A DNA stretch of 15,457 nucleotides. Origin: an uncultured archaeon. Lineage in GTDB: Archaea > Iainarchaeota > Iainarchaeia > Iainarchaeales > JAAZKV01. Shown one piece after another: positions 13,554-15,457 of the stretch (the stretch's first letter is position 1; each line of letters starts with the position of its first letter). Below the pieces are notes generated by a model. It worked only from the letters and a program-made list of their open reading frames with translations, was not told the origin of the DNA and ran no database searches. Made by a program: the position numbers and the translations under genes. The stretch is taken from positions 1-15,457 of the forward strand of contig CAZKBG010000002.1 of assembly GCA_964551375.1 (NCBI GenBank). Direction: 5' to 3'.

Positions 13554-15457
13554 ATGGGTTATAGTTTGGGTAAAAAAGTTGTTAATGTATTTTTGATTTT
13601 ATTTTTAGTCATGTTTTTAGTTGGCGCTGCAAGCGCTGCGCACTCACAAACAACAACAATTACACCTGAATCGTCTGTAGCCTCTGTTTCAACTTTATTT
13701 AATGCAGCTGTTGCCATTGACGGGGCAAATTCAGTGGATTATGTGCGAATTGTGATTCCTACAAACGGTGCTGGTTATAGCGCATTAACTTGCGGAGCAG
13801 CTCCTGCTAATTGGAGTCTTGCTTCAAGTGACGCAACAACTTGTGTTTATACAACTTCTTCCGCTCCAATAACTCCGGGGAATCACTTGGATTTTTCTTT
13901 AACTGCAACTACTGCTGGGGATACTGGAACTTACACTTGGGCAGTGAGAACAACAGATAGTGCTGCCGCAATAGTTAATACAAGCCCAACAACAGCTGTT
14001 GATGGGGATGCTCCAACTGCTGGAATAGAGTATTCAAAAAATGCTGGTGTTGATTACTACTCAACAATCAAAGTAAAAGACGCTGATACATTGTTAATTA
14101 AAGCAACTTTTAACGAGCCAATGGCTGATTCACCAGTTGTTAAAATAGCAGTTGATAATGATGTTTTAGTTGCTACTGCAATGACAAAAGTCAGCTCAAC
14201 AGTTTACACTTATTCGTTAAATGTCCCTGCGGGGAATGTTAATACTGCAACAGTTTCCCTTAGTGTTGGGACTGACATTGCGGGCAATGTTATTACATCT
14301 GCACCAACAAGCGGAGCAACATTTACTATTGACAATTTACCGCCTACAACACCAACTTCAGTTCATATTACTTCAAGTAACGCAAATCCGACTTTAGCAA
14401 AAGTAGGAGATACTGTTACAATTACAGCAACTGTTGATTCAGGAACTACAGTAACTGGAACAATTGGCGGAAAAGCAACAACTACTAATGTTGTAAGCGA
14501 TACAACTGCCACTCTTACTCGAATCTTAGATGGTTCTGAAACTGAAGGCGCTGGACTTAATTTTACATTGGTTTCTACTGATGCTGCAGGAAATGATGCA
14601 ACTACAGTAACCAAAGCAGACATATTGGATGCCTCTGCTGTTCAAACAGATTTTACTGCTCCCTCATTTAATGCTGAAAATGGTGTTGCTGCTGGTCCGG
14701 TTAAAACTGATGTTATAAAGGTTATAATTACTGACGCTGCTGGGGGATATTTTGGTTTTAGTGCGAATGCTACTTGTGATGGTAGTGATACTATAAATCA
14801 GGAGTTTACATCTGAAGTTGAGTTTAATGTTGTTGGTGATCATACTGATTATTTGTGTGTGAAAGCTACTGATGCAGCAGGAAATATAGGTTACGAAACT
14901 GTTGGGCAGTTGAATACAGATAATACGCCGCCTACTGTTGAGTTAACTCAAGCTCATGCGGATTTAATTGTTAAAGATGCTGATGCTGATGTTACAATAA
15001 CTGCGACATTTAATGAGAATATGGCTGATACACCAACTATTTCAATTGATGGTCCTGGTGAATGCGATATTACTAGTCAAGCAATGAGTGGTTCTAATAA
15101 AGTTTGGACTTATGCTTGGAATGTTCCTGCTTTGTGTGATGGGGATGCAACAGTAACAGTTTCAGGAACAGATGTTGCAACAAATGCATATGCTGGGGCA
15201 ACAAATTTAGTTTTCACAATTGATAATACAGCTCCGTCATTCACTGATACTGATGATGTTGCTGCTGGTCCAGTTAAAACTGATATTATAAGGGTTACAA
15301 TTACTGGCGCTTCTGGGGGATATTTTGGTTTTAGTACAAACGCTACTTGTGATGGTGACGATACAATAGATCAACCATTTGGATCTACAGTTCCTTTTGA
15401 TGTTGCTGGTGATCACACTGATTATTTGTGTGTGAAAGCTACTGATGCAGCAGGAAA
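13554..15457 (+). CDS. Secreted Ig-like repeat surface protein (3' end beyond window)
   Basis: Open from ATG 13554 to the window edge: MGYSLGKKVVNVFLILFLVMFLVGAASAAHSQTTTITPESSVASVS (signal peptide), then Ig-like segments TADADT..IKATFNEPMAD...FTIDNLPPTTP and tandem VAAGPVKTD...LCVKATDAAGN modules. GAGAGGT SD-like element at 13539-13545. Confidence 0.88.
   Translation, partial: MGYSLGKKVVNVFLILFLVMFLVGAASAAHSQTTTITPESSVASVSTLFNAAVAIDGANSVDYVRIVIPTNGAGYSALTCGAAPANWSLASSDATTCVYTTSSAPITPGNHLDFSLTATTAGDTGTYTWAVRTTDSAAAIVNTSPTTAVDGDAPTAGIEYSKNAGVDYYSTIKVKDADTLLIKATFNEPMADSPVVKIAVDNDVLVATAMTKVSSTVYTYSLNVPAGNVNTATVSLSVGTDIAGNVITSAPTSGATFTIDNLPPTTPTSVHITSSNANPTLAKVGDTVTITATVDSGTTVTGTIGGKATTTNVVSDTTATLTRILDGSETEGAGLNFTLVSTDAAGNDATTVTKADILDASAVQTDFTAPSFNAENGVAAGPVKTDVIKVIITDAAGGYFGFSANATCDGSDTINQEFTSEVEFNVVGDHTDYLCVKATDAAGNIGYETVGQLNTDNTPPTVELTQAHADLIVKDADADVTITATFNENMADTPTISIDGPGECDITSQAMSGSNKVWTYAWNVPALCDGDATVTVSGTDVATNAYAGATNLVFTIDNTAPSFTDTDDVAAGPVKTDIIRVTITGASGGYFGFSTNATCDGDDTIDQPFGSTVPFDVAGDHTDYLCVKATDAAG
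14685..14880 (+). repeat. Ig-like module copy 1 (VAAGPVKTDVIKVIITDAAGGYFGFSANATCDG...LCVKATDAAGN)
   Basis: Recurs in frame 573 nt downstream with strong nucleotide similarity. Confidence 0.85.
15258..15457 (+). repeat. Ig-like module copy 2, cut by the window edge
   Basis: VAAGPVKTDIIRVTITGASGGYFGFSTNATCDGDDTIDQPFG...DHTDYLCVKATDAAG; period 573 nt (191 aa). Confidence 0.85.

Noticed and set aside
14363-14623. Minus-strand 86-aa ORF
   Set aside because: Val/Ser/Thr-rich antisense shadow of the Ig-like repeat CDS that starts at 13554.
1-15457. Defence system, prophage, integrase or IS element
   Set aside because: No recombinase, nuclease, phage structural or toxin-antitoxin signature seen in the ORFs; two tRNAs are present but no partial tRNA duplication or att-like repeat was noticed.

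Overview
The window looks archaeal, probably from a small-genome or DPANN-like lineage: BHB-type tRNA intron, class III (type IV pilin) signal peptide, and TATA boxes about 25-30 nt ahead of start codons. From left to right it contains: a tRNA(CAT); a lipoprotein-like ORF; a DUF116-like protein; a HAD hydrolase (-); an intron-containing tRNA-Glu(CTC); two tandem FecR-like proteins without signal peptides, followed by a double zinc-ribbon protein; a class III signal-peptide pilin-like gene tightly linked to a 1262-aa Gly-rich surface protein built of ~264-aa repeats; a minus-strand msrB-msrA-ABC-F cluster in which msrB appears to carry a 1-nt frameshift; a Rossmann-like unknown; and a secreted Ig-like repeat protein that runs off the right edge and is missing from the ORF track. 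The best candidate for an undescribed system is the FecR-like pair + zinc-ribbon + pilin-like + giant Gly-rich repeat protein block (about 2421-10092). All family assignments come from reading motifs; no database search was run.
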